Assembly (NCBI GenBank): GCA_026981825.1
Contig: JALSID010000115.1
Coordinates: 4,198-68,197 of the forward strand
DNA: 64,000 bases
Origin: Planctomycetota bacterium
GTDB lineage: Bacteria; Planctomycetota; Planctomycetia; JALXBF01
Reading direction: 5' to 3'
The translations under genes and the position numbers were made by a program. How positions within the stretch are numbered: position 1 is the stretch's first letter; every line of letters begins with the position of its first letter. Shown here in pieces: positions 15,001-20,942 of the stretch. The notes below the pieces were generated by a model. The model saw nothing but the letters and a program-made list of their open reading frames with translations. It made no database searches and was not told the origin of the DNA.

Positions 15001-16357
15001 ACCCCGGATAGATCGTCGGGCTCAATCGGTTGGAGAGTTCTCCGATGAGGTTCGGCCCCGTCTGAAAATCGCCGTTCACAATCATCCCCGGATCGAACGC
15101 CGGTTCCCACCCGCCCTGGGTGACGAGTTCCGCCGTGAGGCCCAACGACTGAAGACCCGAACGATTTGGGCTGCCGGTTGAGCGGTCGACGAGCGATTCC
15201 GGCGTGTTCCGATGGTCCTGTTGGCTGAGATCGAGCTGCCCGTTGCCGTTCAGGTCCTCCCCTTCGTCCAGCACCCCGTTGCCGTTCAGATCTTCTGTCG
15301 CGTAGAAGACCGCCGCCGGCCGGGCAATCGGCGAAGTACTGGGATCGCTGTCATCCCGAGTCTGACCCCCCGCAATCCGGCTGAAGGCATAGCCTGTGGA
15401 TGACACGTGATCGGTAACGGTCTTCAGATAAAAATCCTTCCAGACAGCCGAATGGGCGTTTCCGGATACGTTAGAGAGTTGCTCGTTGATCCATACGTTG
15501 TACGCGCCTGGGATCGGACGGCCTTGTGGGGTGTCCTTCGTCTGGTAATAGACGTCAACGAATTGCACATTGCTCCAGACCGCTGCTCCGTAGCCGGGCG
15601 GTTCACCGAGCACCGACTGGCGTTGGTCTCCGTCCACAGGCAGCCCCGGCTCGTCGAAGTCGTGGGGATCGAGATAGGTGACCTGATCCACCGGAACACC
15701 GTAGGCGGCCAGTCTCTCGACGGCTTCGCTGGTCACCGCGGCGCCGGAGCTGTGCCCGATGAAATGCAGTGGGACGTTCGCTGCGCCGGTCGAAGGGTCG
15801 ACCAGACCCAGACCGACGAGCATCGCGAAGAGGGCCTCTCCGGCTGCCTCTGACCAGCCATCGGACAGTTCGTTCGATTCTGGCGCCCAGTCGAACAGGA
15901 GTACCACCTCGCCGGACAGATTGGGTGGATTGCCATCTGGCAGGAGGGATCCGTTGTTTAAACCGTCGTCCTCTCCGCTCAGGTCGGCGTCGAAGAACCC
16001 GGCGTCTCCTTCTTTCCGCACGTCGTAATCGAGCAACCACGCCGTGCCCGCATCGGCGTTGGCTTCATCAGCCCGGTTGCGTATTGCCTGGGCAAGCGGC
16101 ATGAGCGAATCGCCCCCCTCGTCCCTGAACTGATACCCGTGCGTGATCACCGTCGCGCCCGTAACGTCGACTTTGGTAAGCAACCCCCTAACGTCCTGTA
16201 TTGAAAGCGTGGACAGCAACACCCGCTGTTCTAACCGCTCGAGCGCTAGCGTCGTTTTCCGCGCCCGCGGGCGATTAGGCCTTCCCCCCTTCCGCCTCGT
16301 TCCGGCTAGGCCAAGCAATCCCCCTGGTGCCTGTGAATTCGAATGGGGATCGAACAT
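1..16357 (-). CDS. Giant secreted multidomain protein, partial (3' end lies beyond the window start; at least 5,452 aa). Domains: N-terminal LEPR-XLL-type motif, lipase-like alpha/beta hydrolase (GHSSG), very long RTX/hemolysin-type Ca-binding repeat region, LamG/ConA-like domain, FG-GAP/VCBS-like repeats
   Basis: I translated the minus strand by hand, in frame with the ATG at 16355-16357; the nearest in-frame stop upstream is at 16535-16537. The translation gives MFDPHSNSQAPGGLLGLAGTRRKGGRPNRPRARKTTLALERLEQRVLLS, which fits a basic stretch plus LExRxLLS. It continues through HFIGHSSGAAV (lipase GxSxG, around 15743-15763). Dozens of GGxGxDxUx nonapeptides (e.g. GGGGDDRIDGGRGDDQIDGGAGSDELAGG) lie around 8200-4900. 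A LamG-like block (FTIEAWVQV...KWAHIAATFD...LYVDG...EVRFWDRARTAEEI) lies around 3230-2730. DxDGDGxxD FG-GAP-like repeats lie around 1200-300. No frame-0 minus-strand ORF appears in the track. That is expected if this ORF is unbroken and runs off the window, because the track lists only closed ORFs. All plus-strand ORFs in 1-16000 are low-complexity S/P/R-rich antisense artefacts. Confidence 0.8.
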   Translation of the reverse strand, partial: MFDPHSNSQAPGGLLGLAGTRRKGGRPNRPRARKTTLALERLEQRVLLSTLSIQDVRGLLTKVDVTGATVITHGYQFRDEGGDSLMPLAQAIRNRADEANADAGTAWLLDYDVRKEGDAGFFDADLSGEDDGLNNGSLLPDGNPPNLSGEVVLLFDWAPESNELSDGWSEAAGEALFAMLVGLGLVDPSTGAANVPLHFIGHSSGAAVTSEAVERLAAYGVPVDQVTYLDPHDFDEPGLPVDGDQRQSVLGEPPGYGAAVWSNVQFVDVYYQTKDTPQGRPIPGAYNVWINEQLSNVSGNAHSAVWKDFYLKTVTDHVSSTGYAFSRIAGGQTRDDSDPSTSPIARPAAVFYATEDLNGNGVLDEGEDLNGNGQLDLSQQDHRNTPESLVDRSTGSPNRSGLQSLGLTAELVTQGGWEPAFDPGMIVNGDFQTGPNLIGELSNRLSPTIYPGWSDHGTGAFGAQVGFDPARSTGSGNATRFTAPPDADRFAVLSARHTKLTHSQLYVPPDAVAVRFEMRRLQASDADRLQVRIGDAAIDGGGLRLDATDADFQGYRLEIPESLRGQVHTVTFEVISGSGEVTSEIAIDNVRLELAARARGRTGDVIAVNTSGANPGRQNFQLLGVEGADLVESTRRPGEFRVVRVLPGGTKKTLGKIILSDRIEGQSFAETGRFYFVPEAIDPDAGNPTARLDADPAAAGFQGVIFVTVGFEHNGRRRTERLRIDVRRGFSAQGPGAVTAGTGPRSILATQQRLRQLGYRGLGGKPLDPDGILGPNTQHAIEAFRSAKGLPAGDPASPIDADLVEKLNGITAPAPDVLGTEDQSAILQGLTSLAEWLTGLFETEEFSTSVLNPSIADLVDLPKLLRQKLLASAQTYFAGLQPGQPATARELASRLNDALGDSDQAVKFEDDVFKVTWSATLPDVRIPLPFQQLFDFGIAPVGDVTIDVAPSFSLKFDFGLDGNRTGADAFFLDNVSLSTGLNVNSSVGFDGRLGFLEVSVTPLTGDSSVKFNAQVDVNVANPDTETTRITAGELQELPVSSLTVATKGSLEVGFDISAFMGEASITGGTFEMVDPNVFDDQLPVFVQPSDFDSTTTARYTARNFHRFEPFRTLDAQTVVGLFGQAGLALDTLRASGWLNVDLPFADSGDLGDLLDFQQALKETLLDPISSVRLVARGLVPANGVPGQGQGVGLTLTLNGQTSVNVTLTPDQLADNEDARALVNDLNASLGPALDAVGIDTHALKAGLHGGRIVFIGGSDTVRSLTISGGEPLGFDPGQEASGLSFATAQELADLLPGVITDLSYTDDLNGDGTRDDPALTYTIDFNTVLFGVAIPIGEDVDLGKISDFQTDSTLTTQAEVGGSLTVALDLSKPPAVTERTFLRELNDGRGIPIADGDDLTITLRDGTTFNVDFQRRSDPSDPTKDVTTLSDLIVDLNAAAPSDRDGNAKFSARLVFQDRKGSETTDSNEIHRTLIELEDKTTGDHTFAVSATNGSLAGFALGLVGGDEDGDSEPKLTSPPLRVGALSDRLFFRSALLEGTVTLTAEDIDGSARFGPQDFGLGVTVTGGSLQGGLSASLTLEDRDGDGRIGLRELADHTLSGNSVNVTGSANLVLPVSVAGNIGGLRVDEDAKVVASWQFPGTVHVTTTGFENLGTLPDLDFQTIVDGLQGVADRFLADLENLDSTRLLGRKLPILNRSVPQLVGIDGQFIELLSNLRDNPAGTLQELEDRIESAFGLTDSQLTLELTTGPALGIDLTLESQERVEAQLNFDPFVKGFVDVRGETPLQLDIGSTLHLDFGIDLADRRLRPFIKDTTNVELRLRAAAGDVEFSAAVGPLGIFVHPDSGADGTVGTKDDIASSVTIANGENPATFTIDLANDPADRRYYLDEFVGNTPQILDVVVSGTAKATLPVFGPNKDTPITRTRRDTDGDGVLDHVFQLTVDLADPSRATIDVPDFSGIIEQIGDVASDMGAIGDGWEGFFRALEAGLDKGVFAAVKLPLIGTGLRDAARFLADIRDAVRDEFEALAARNVRRDKDTVRRALFDALGPGNLGWLKDMNSDGVITVDDIRLPDTNRPEDVQFVMQLGRDATLLDVPIGFDIGLDNLGLELDGKVATELGFTFTVGVGISKTQGVYFRTSNKDKEGNEIPELSITLDARIPDFKATGRLGFLRIDASDDSGDPSAFTGEFTIDLVDPSGDGRLTTSEFAGLGIKATLDGNADVNLDLVAGFGANANFPEIKADFGIDWTFDQVDTAAKTGQFLGTPSVTFENVRINPGQLITNFGRPVVEKIASVLAPIKPVVDFLTTPIPIISDLSKSPVTVLTLAKQFAPNESVRRSVETSAQFVSALHSISRLADASRNLATGDIPIGGFTISTDDLNNETLSGLTPRDASGNEIRDEDLKRQVQEELNKAGQEAAREFFDEAGNIPSQHGSGLTFPFIDKPTSVFRLLLGQDIDLIKLNLPTFNVTTSIPIPSIPVFPPFLTIYFDARAGLAASFRFGFDTRGLRQAVETGDAGNLLNGFYIRDTVDGRDINELDFFASFAAYAALGVDLGIATVLAGAGGGLFGNAGFDLVDPDPSDGGRVHLDELGHRLRQGVQCVFDVTGSLRASLAAFVKIQIKLGFFKLTIIDAHKELASITIFDLAHSFCDVEPPVLASQNGDLLTLNMGPNAVARSHGDTSDGDEVFRVLPGSTPNEVVVEAFGLRQTFSGVNRIYADGGAGNDQIIIHEGVSVPVELVGGPGDDVLVAGGGPATLNGGAGNDQLAGGPSSDLISGGDGADMITAGGGNDTIDGGSGADIIDGGRGDDVIRGGADGDQIQGGWGNDQVFGEDGDDRILGQTGKDVIVAGAGNDFVDGGLDDDVIDGGAGDDELLGGRGGDNIRGGDGDDRIDGGAFSDLLFGGGGDDRIDGGRGDDQIDGGAGSDELAGGPGSDTLIGGWGADRIYAGVFPGVGLSDENSGGDVETIYGDRTDPTEPIPRGTSSEDHADRIFGSLGDHTVYAGAGNDVIRLNLGNDRVFGQEGDDEIRIAGGENTVEGGPGDDRIVTGGGHDWILGQTGDDFINAGGGADVIDAGDGDDQVFGLGGDDWIVGGLGDDYVDAGAGRDVIWGGFAEFAETDFWTDARHSAVQQENFAAPDDWMATEARFRTGFTPPQITPRFVFGASVPGDSADGADTIHGGNDGDWLFGGGDDDRLFGDGGHDYLDAGIGHDRIEGGDGNDVLRGGANNDVLRGDGGIDQLYGDAGDDLLFGDGGVRQTVAAITTSTTNFAPGTLKFDVMVGSTSLSVDVGKSARLTDNQSIDDLVADINAAIQAALIAANLDLALEARRVGKTKIGIFVGSGYQTQSVTLSNFEAKNSDGEDLPEYSGATATIETLAGQRLWGGGGIDTLFAYAPTTDAAQETGLRGDELHGGPGGDWLYGNLRQEILVGEAGNDYLHGEELHGPGYSRNRQGDTLGAPDRLFGDSGEDQLFGGGGRDELWGGADSDWLEGQDGRDTVYGGGWIDMIVLDARANYTELGDVIDGHFGNASAADVPDDNATDILLINGTNADDTIRLRQSKPGERLYNFRGNDVGAAQGGQLLVEYTTSTLPATAKFEAVWTDAKGEPLVEQFRVAGLGGDDVLEFVAGPDALDISALLDRNAQAEVQDWIGVLDGGPGDDRLVGTGGRDRLDGGPGSDVLFGLAGDDRLWGDSTSSDAVAPDTAQHDVLFAGQGFDDLLGGPGTNELYAWSFHPEGVVAGDGALPQQGGASPQFGVFVKPDGTLTDSNGDLDGDGFLDEDAGLPEEQRRRPYPLEDTGLNRMLGGENNDSLYAGTGLDFMYGRSGDDQLFTRTGQPFEALDSQLAGDEWKQYARSTNRVWYYAGSNLDDVITVDFVTEPGLLSGHHLITRLTDNGGNFTFDAQVRLDFDATDADGRRIWDRRDAVVPFDALQTADPEAREAALDALGFTEPMTNTAAVQTELLQRALPPEDDFLAILIDALDGNDRVEIGPTVTKSVWVDGGRGDDRIEVQPGAPILIDQTDDPIARLRGGDGVAHRNDLPQFAYALDGDAGERTRDNDPLTPIGSDVAVTGLSIDNPDDEDWYRFRLASAPQPGDVLTLDSLSLGDRMRWELREPVHDASGVLAGTRLLIPADDFQRIELDRLGAITAANLGPPAGRLSEDVTFTLRFNDDTASAVAVTLAAASTVNNAKLQDLADDLNGALGKALAGTGFGGAVRFRVEGDRLVLVPLERKMAALTITGAEALGFEKNGQSAAKLAANTEYLIRVTTDRTPTVYQLTFGLVAAQDRTESSGAGTTADLGNLVDLHRVTGLTLHGTSDEDEFRFQLILPKDAGNEDVEDQPLLPSGTDQLRLVQTGGSTPVRIEYLDQWMLAFDGTDDFVSVPHAAELNPGSFTIEAWVQVTGGENRVRGIVESRKSITGSEAGTFGYSLKVRSDNTWEFSVGKGKGQTAWTALGGPRVLLGKWAHIAATFDDATKTMKLYVDGSEVGTATVDSFAPNPDELLFIGKSGNDFFVGNIAEVRFWDRARTAEEIERDLGRRLIGTEPGLVAYWTFDGTGDTVRDQTGRGHHGRLGGGGDTTRPQRVTVAAETAGAGTWATLPLGLAHSGTVRITHAAPGGTSPQPARYELQPVIEGQNFATLDLSAGRSVDVATFIAEPRRDVLLGGEGADVLAGGSGEEWIFGGPGNDVLTGGADRQASDLLFGGEGDDRFQIIPDRLPLLTPPQRSLGSGPKRSFVPTLSDRFDGGPGRDEVIFLGGDRDRLGRPVPDHVAIRYNTTLQRYEFASLVWDVANEQFVAADSPTARAAGFTGPGEFLEHYAFYQPFEIERTVIDVRSGDDVVHADPGYRFPGAEREWGIDPQDRPQGSAIGSLVILGGPGNDLLFGGAESDTIDGGPGVDFIAGGPGSDSITGGPDDDLLAGGRAVTPDPYEMVTRGSERGFNDEPRFASLVPRPGPGDVIEATIHPGDREDWYLIPAPLSSRQFAGSKTALLTPEMISVTFVNEDGSINSAQNDRFNADEFKGKNVFLFPAQVETDEHGRIVSAIPVEQFSGVPNFYLLNVRNINQIDSKSDNDLEPMGAYHIRFGGQVGQVLHVAAGNDSLTVTPQFDLDKPVSVPLGDIDGDGYGDFIVAVREYFGNPAELSAPDPSTSEHPADRLSRPTVASIRFGRDGTEDERLGRRPVQLLLPAPLTAPSIFGSQSFIARPGDYNGDGIDDIVVTVTRGDEATFTTFKDSDGKVLPFSKSGVYVLFGSSDPQHWGGVIDNGIINVLEDRDVQIRGFLGTIMAAPAGDVDGDSIGDLLVGDSAGGDGNGTVHLFSGKKNWNVYFTADVADGDGRGSRDGFVFSTNSPLWTVSDQVPKDDDGVPRPGHSLPHHLQFRAESGVNRSSDSATASLTGIPSDSGVPLELAFSYLLTLDSDDTAQASLGTKVQNVSLTGPDPETGKWRRFRLT

Positions 16358-17652
16358 CGTCTTCCACTCCACAGGTGCTGTCTCGAGAATCGCGTCCGGA
16401 AAACATCTCGCCCAAGCTACTGGCAGAGGACGACGGCGTGGTACATCCAGGGCTGGGAGGCGACCTGTGACGAGGAGCAAGGAGGCTTGGCGGGTGTGCG
16501 CGCGGTATAGCGAGGCCGGACTGGAAACGCCCGCTCAGTTGGTGCAGATGGATGGCCAGCGAGGGGCGCAACAGCGAGGACCTCGGTCGCGTTAGGCATG
16601 GGACGCAAACGGCTTCACGCGCTTTCCCCTCCAGATGGGCCTCCAACCAAGGGCCCCCCCGCACCGGGAGCATGGTTCGAACGGTACCGCTGCACACCGC
16701 TGGCTCGCCCCGACCGCGGTAGCATGAAGCTTCGCGCCGCTGCACGGTACCCCCGTCGCCCCCCACCGTCACCATGGCGTCGATAAACGCCGGGCTTTGG
16801 GCATGGACGACAGGATCCGCCGTGCCCTGCTGAACAGCGAGCAAACAGGCCCAGGGGCTGCTGGCTGCGGAACGTGGCAAGCGAAGAGCGTCATCCTCAT
16901 GATTGCCTAGCCTCGCTCCCTGGCGATCCCTCCGACCACGGTCGAGCGACCTCGCAATTGGACCGGCTCTCGTTCCGCTGAAGCTCGACCGCTTTTCATC
17001 GACCTGGCGCGCCTCAACGCGGCGCCCATGGTATCCCGGGGGCTCCGCGCGGCTTGGGGCGTCTTCCGGGTAACCGAGGGCCCACCGCGGAGTCGCATGT
17101 TCTCGGCCCAGTCGCGCACCGTCGGTGAAAACTGGTTCAGGCGCGAGCCTTGGTCTGCTGGACCGAGAGCCCATCACGCCGGGACGCCGTAGCAAGCTCG
17201 GTGTATCGCCACCCAGGGCGGGCAATTTCGTCAGCCTGTACGCGTATCCAACGATCGACCTTGGCGAAACCTTCATGGCGCGCAGTCCAACTAACCGAAC
17301 ACACTCTGTGCGCCATTCATTCCCCGCGCGCCTCACAGAATCTCGCGACCTGTTGCCCGCGCTGAGCCATCAGCCAGGGCCAGCCCGCCTGACGCGGAAG
17401 GCTTTGGGCGAGGCACCGAGACGTTCGCTGCCAGCACGCAGCTTGCTCTCCTGTGGCTTGGCAGAGCCGAACGATAGCTGCCGCGTTCCCACGCGTCCGC
17501 TCTCGCGCGGCCCGGCTCGGCCATCCGGCTCTGGTCTTGTGCCTGCCCGCTTTGGGGCGCAGCCCGGGGCCGCAGGAGGTGCTGCCAAAATCATCCCCCG
17601 GCAAAGCTAGAAACGCCCTCCCATCGCGGGATTGGCAATCGCGCCCGGTCTG

Positions 17653-17933
17653 TCTCGCCGCTTCGGCCGCAAGCCGAAGCGGCCCCGAGCCCGCCGCCTG
17701 GCGGGACGAAGGGAGCGGCGGACCGCCGTCGCGCCGGCGACGGCGCATTGGTTGCGCGACCCGGCCCCGGGTCCGCCCCAAGGCGGTGGCGCCAAGGAAG
17801 CGCCGGCGCTAATGGCCCCCGCCGAGCAAAAGAAAAGCCCACCCGTCGCGGGAAGGACAAAGGGGGGGGCGCTCGCTCTCGCCGCTTCAGCCCGCCCGGC
17901 CGAAGCGGCCCCGAGCCCGTCGCCTGGCGGGAC
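17653..17933. repeat. Two copies of a roughly 55-nt imperfect direct repeat (17653-17706 and 17877-17933; the core ccgaagcggccccgagccc[g/t][c/t]cgcctggcgggac is 34 nt with 2 mismatches), 224 bp apart, in GC-rich non-coding DNA
   Basis: Direct reading of the sequence; both copies begin ctcgccgcttc[g/a]gcc and end ctggcgggac. Confidence 0.7.
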
Positions 17934-18032
17934 CGGAGCTCCGCCGCTGCGAAGGCGGAGCAGTGGTAGCCGGACCCGGCCCAGCGGAGGAGCAAGTGAA
18001 AGCGGCAGAGGACTACCGCACTCCAAAGCGGC

Positions 18033-18061
18033 AAAAAAGCCGCTCGACCGCACGGTCGAAC
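18033..18061 (-). terminator. Putative Rho-independent terminator downstream of tRNA-Pro
   Basis: On the minus strand, 19 nt after the tRNA 3' end, there is an 8-bp stem GUUCGACC/GGUCGAGC (one G-U pair) with loop GUGC. A UUUUUU run follows 5 nt later (plus strand aaaaaa at 18033-18038). Confidence 0.4.
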
Positions 18062-18080
18062 GGCGCCGGCTTCTTCCAAG

Positions 18081-18155
18081 TCGGGGCGCCGGGATTCGAA
18101 CCCGGGACCTCTAGAACCCCATTCTAGCGCGCTAGCCAGGCTGCGCTACGCCCCG
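18081..18155 (-). tRNA. tRNA-Pro (anticodon GGG), 75 nt, no encoded CCA
   Basis: The reverse complement reads CGGGGCG-TA-GCGC-AGCCTGGCTA-GCGC-G-CTAGA-ATGGGGT-TCTAG-AGGTC-CCGGG-TTCGAAT-CCCGG-CGCCCCG-A. It has a 7-bp acceptor stem, D arm, a 5-bp anticodon stem with a 7-nt loop (U33, anticodon GGG, G37), a GGTTCGAATCC T-loop, and discriminator A. Confidence 0.85.
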
Positions 18156-18380
18156 AATCCGCCTTATTCTACAGCCCACCACCGGAACCGGCAAACGCGG
18201 TCGCCGTCTCAGCGGTCGGCCTCGGCTGCCGGAAACAGATGCGCGCGCTGAGCCGACGGGCATCGGTGGCGGTGCCGTCAAGCCACCAGGGCGGCAAGCC
18301 AAATGAAGAAGCAGCTCGCATCCCGCCAAACGCTTACCCGAAACCAAATCGCTCTACCCCCCACTGGCAACCTCCGAGCG

Positions 18381-18485
18381 CGCCGAACTGTCGCGACGAA
18401 GAGCGCATGCGCCTGCTTGTATACCGGTACGGCCCTTCTGGCCCGGTGAACGCGCCGACCTGTCGCAACGGAGAGCGCATGCGCC
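18381..18485. promoter_or_regulatory. Two 33-bp direct repeats (18381-18413 cgccgaactgtcgcgacgaagagcgcatgcgcc; 18453-18485 cgccgacctgtcgcaacggagagcgcatgcgcc), each ending in the 10-bp palindrome GCGCATGCGC. They sit in the divergent intergenic region between tRNA-Pro and the first vWA gene
   Basis: Direct reading: 29/33 identical, 72 bp spacing, palindromic core; about 170-270 bp upstream of the vWA gene start. Confidence 0.5.
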
Positions 18486-18654
18486 GCCGCTGCCACCAGA
18501 AGGGTCACGCGGTGCGGGTCAGGCCGACTATGACGGTGGCCATGTTCTCTCGTATGCTGATATCCAAAACCGATTAGAATGACAGTGGTTGAGGTCGGGC
18601 CCATGGTGGCTCCCGGCTTCGTCGTTGGGCGATTCGGTCCTTCCTGACCAGCGA

Positions 18655-20625
18655 ATGGGAGCAAATATGGAACGGAAGCGTCGGCGTGGGGCCGCAGGCT
18701 ATGGGCTGACCCGGGTCGAGAGGGCTCTGCAGAAGTCAGCACACAGGCGGACCAGAACAGCCGCGCCGGAAGAGATCCGCCACCGCTGGTATCTCTCATC
18801 CGCCCTGGCGAGCTTACTCTTCCATGTCTTGATTACCGTCGTCCTCTTCCTCGTTCCCGGCCTCGTCCAGCATCGCAGTCAGGCGGTGGTCGTGGACACC
18901 CGTTTGACCGACCTGAAGGAGAACCTCCAGTTCACCCAGGTGCTCGATCTGGACACGATCGAGGTAGGCGACACAGCGCGGGCGCTGAGCCCGTTGAGTT
19001 CGGCTGCGCCCTCCGCCATGATCGAAGAACAAGACCCCGCCGATGAGCTGCCCGAAGAAGTGCTCCCCGATCCAGAGTTGCCCGCCGTTGCCAAAATCGA
19101 CCTCCCCCGCTCCGATCAGCTCACCACCTCCGTCAGCGTACAGGGGGCAACCGGAGAATTCGTAGGCGGAGTCGAGGGGGCAGTCGACAGGCTCACGGTC
19201 GAGATCCTCCGTAGCCTCGAGCGAAACAAGACGCTGGTCGTTTGGATCTTCGATTCCACCGAAAGCCTCCGCGACGAGCGAGAAGCGATCGCCAAGCGGT
19301 TCGAACGGGTGTACCGCGAACTGGCAGCGTTCGGCAAAACCGAAGGCGATGAACTGCTCACCGCGGTGGTAAGCTTCGGCAAAAAGCCGCAGGTGCTCAC
19401 GAAGAAACCCCTCACCGACGTCAAGAAACTGCAAGAAACCGTACGCAACATTCCTCTCGACACGTCGGGAGAAGAGTACGTCTTCACCGCAATCCAAACG
19501 GCTGCAGAAGCGTTCGGAGCGTACCGTACCCGCGGCAGGCGTGACCTCATGTTCATCGTGCTCACCGACGAGGTCGGTGACGACGAAGGGCGGGTCGATG
19601 ACGTGTTGCCGATCCTGCAGAAGCTGAAGGTGCGCGTCTATGTCCTGGGGGCCGAAGCTCTGTGGGGTAAACGTACCACCACGATCCCGTATCGGGACGA
19701 GAACGGCCGCGTGCTCGGCTACCCGGAAGTCACGCGTGGACCGGAGTCGGCCATGATCGAAGTTGCCCACCTGCCGATCTGGCACGGTGGCAACCCAGGG
19801 CTACTTCGATCCGGCTTCGGTACGTGGGGGCTGACGCGGCTTTGTCGAGAGACCGGGGGCATCTATTTCATTGTCGACTTCGGCGACATGAACGGCCCCA
19901 GCTTCGATCGGATTGCCCTGCAAGCTCTGGAGCCGGATTATGTCTCAAGGCGCGAGTACACGGCGAGAGCGTCGCGGAGCCCGTTCCGCACCGCCTTGCT
20001 GCAGGTGGCGGCGAGCGTCAAGGTCCGGACCCGCCCCCCGCGTTTGCTCTTCCCGGCGTATGACAAGAACGTGATGAGCGAGGCGATGAAGCAAGCCCAG
20101 GGTGAGGCTGCCATTCTGAAGGCCCAGGTGGACCCGGCCGTGTCGATGCTCGCCAGAGTCGAGAAGCTCCGCGACAAGGAAAAGTCAACCCGCTGGCGTG
20201 CGCACTTCGACCTGATGTTCGGCCGACTGCTGGCCGCCAAGGTACGTGCTTACACCTACAACGCCATGCTGGCCCAGATGCGGGTGGCGCCCAAGGCATT
20301 TTCGAACAAGAAGAACAACGCCTGGCGTCTGGTGCCGGATGAGAACATCCCCGAGGACACGCCTGCCGGTTTCGCGCTGGTCGAGGCCGCCAGGAAAGCT
20401 CGGGAGTACCTGGAGCGATGTGCAACGGAGTATGCCGGCACGCCCTGGGGCTACCTGGCGGAAAAAGAGCTCGAGTACCCGCTCGGTTTCCGCTGGGAAG
20501 AAGCGTACGTCCCGCCGCCACCCCCTCGTAGGCAGGACAACAACAGAGCCAGACCCAGGCCGCGGCCGAATCGGCCCCGCCCACTGCCGGGCCCGCCAGC
20601 TCGGCCAGTACCCAAGAAGATCTAG
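18655..20625 (+). CDS. Membrane-anchored von Willebrand factor A (vWA) domain protein with a Pro/Arg-rich C-terminal tail (paralog 1)
   Basis: ORF 18589..20625. Likely start is ATG 18655 (MGANMERK) or 18667 (MERKRRR): a basic N-terminus is followed by a TM helix (LLFHVLITVVLFLVPGL). The vWA-like core is VVWIFDSTESL...LMFIVLTDEVGDD...VYVLG. The C-terminal tail is PPPPPRRQDNNRARPRPRPNRPRPLPGPPARP. It is about 40% identical to the downstream ORF across the central domain. Confidence 0.7.
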   Translation: MGANMERKRRRGAAGYGLTRVERALQKSAHRRTRTAAPEEIRHRWYLSSALASLLFHVLITVVLFLVPGLVQHRSQAVVVDTRLTDLKENLQFTQVLDLDTIEVGDTARALSPLSSAAPSAMIEEQDPADELPEEVLPDPELPAVAKIDLPRSDQLTTSVSVQGATGEFVGGVEGAVDRLTVEILRSLERNKTLVVWIFDSTESLRDEREAIAKRFERVYRELAAFGKTEGDELLTAVVSFGKKPQVLTKKPLTDVKKLQETVRNIPLDTSGEEYVFTAIQTAAEAFGAYRTRGRRDLMFIVLTDEVGDDEGRVDDVLPILQKLKVRVYVLGAEALWGKRTTTIPYRDENGRVLGYPEVTRGPESAMIEVAHLPIWHGGNPGLLRSGFGTWGLTRLCRETGGIYFIVDFGDMNGPSFDRIALQALEPDYVSRREYTARASRSPFRTALLQVAASVKVRTRPPRLLFPAYDKNVMSEAMKQAQGEAAILKAQVDPAVSMLARVEKLRDKEKSTRWRAHFDLMFGRLLAAKVRAYTYNAMLAQMRVAPKAFSNKKNNAWRLVPDENIPEDTPAGFALVEAARKAREYLERCATEYAGTPWGYLAEKELEYPLGFRWEEAYVPPPPPRRQDNNRARPRPRPNRPRPLPGPPARPVPKKI

Positions 20626-20942
20626 CCTCGCCGGAACTCCAGACGGCGTCGGCAGAGCCTCTGCTCAGTCGAACCGCAGCAGTAGCCGTTTGGCTCCCGG
20701 CCCACTGCTCTTAACGGATCCCGGGCGGTCGGCTGCCTGACGAAAGCCGGTGCTTCGGACGGAGGTACAATCTTTTGCGTACTCGGGAAAGCGGTCGCGA
20801 TACAGCAAACGCCAGTAGCCTATTTCTCGCGCGGGCAAGTCGCTCACTCGGCTCGCGCTGGAAAGCACAGTCGGAACAAACGCACTCATCGCATCGGTGA
20901 GGGGGGTGCATAGGAAACGGGTGGCCTTTTCGGGGCGAGGGT

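Noticed and set aside
16275-17336. 353-aa minus-strand ORF in the intergenic region upstream of the giant gene
   Set aside because: Extremely Arg/Pro/Gly-rich with no domain-like segments. It is in a different frame from the giant gene and overlaps its true N-terminus. This is the typical high-GC spurious ORF.
18814-19785. 323-aa minus ORF overlapping the first vWA gene
   Set aside because: Antisense artefact; the plus-strand product has a TM plus vWA architecture and a paralog.
20626-20942. Inverted repeat ggcagagcctctgcc shortly after the vWA1 stop, considered as a terminator
   Set aside because: No downstream T-run, and the second vWA gene follows on the same strand. It is more likely an intercistronic stem-loop, so I did not call it a terminator.
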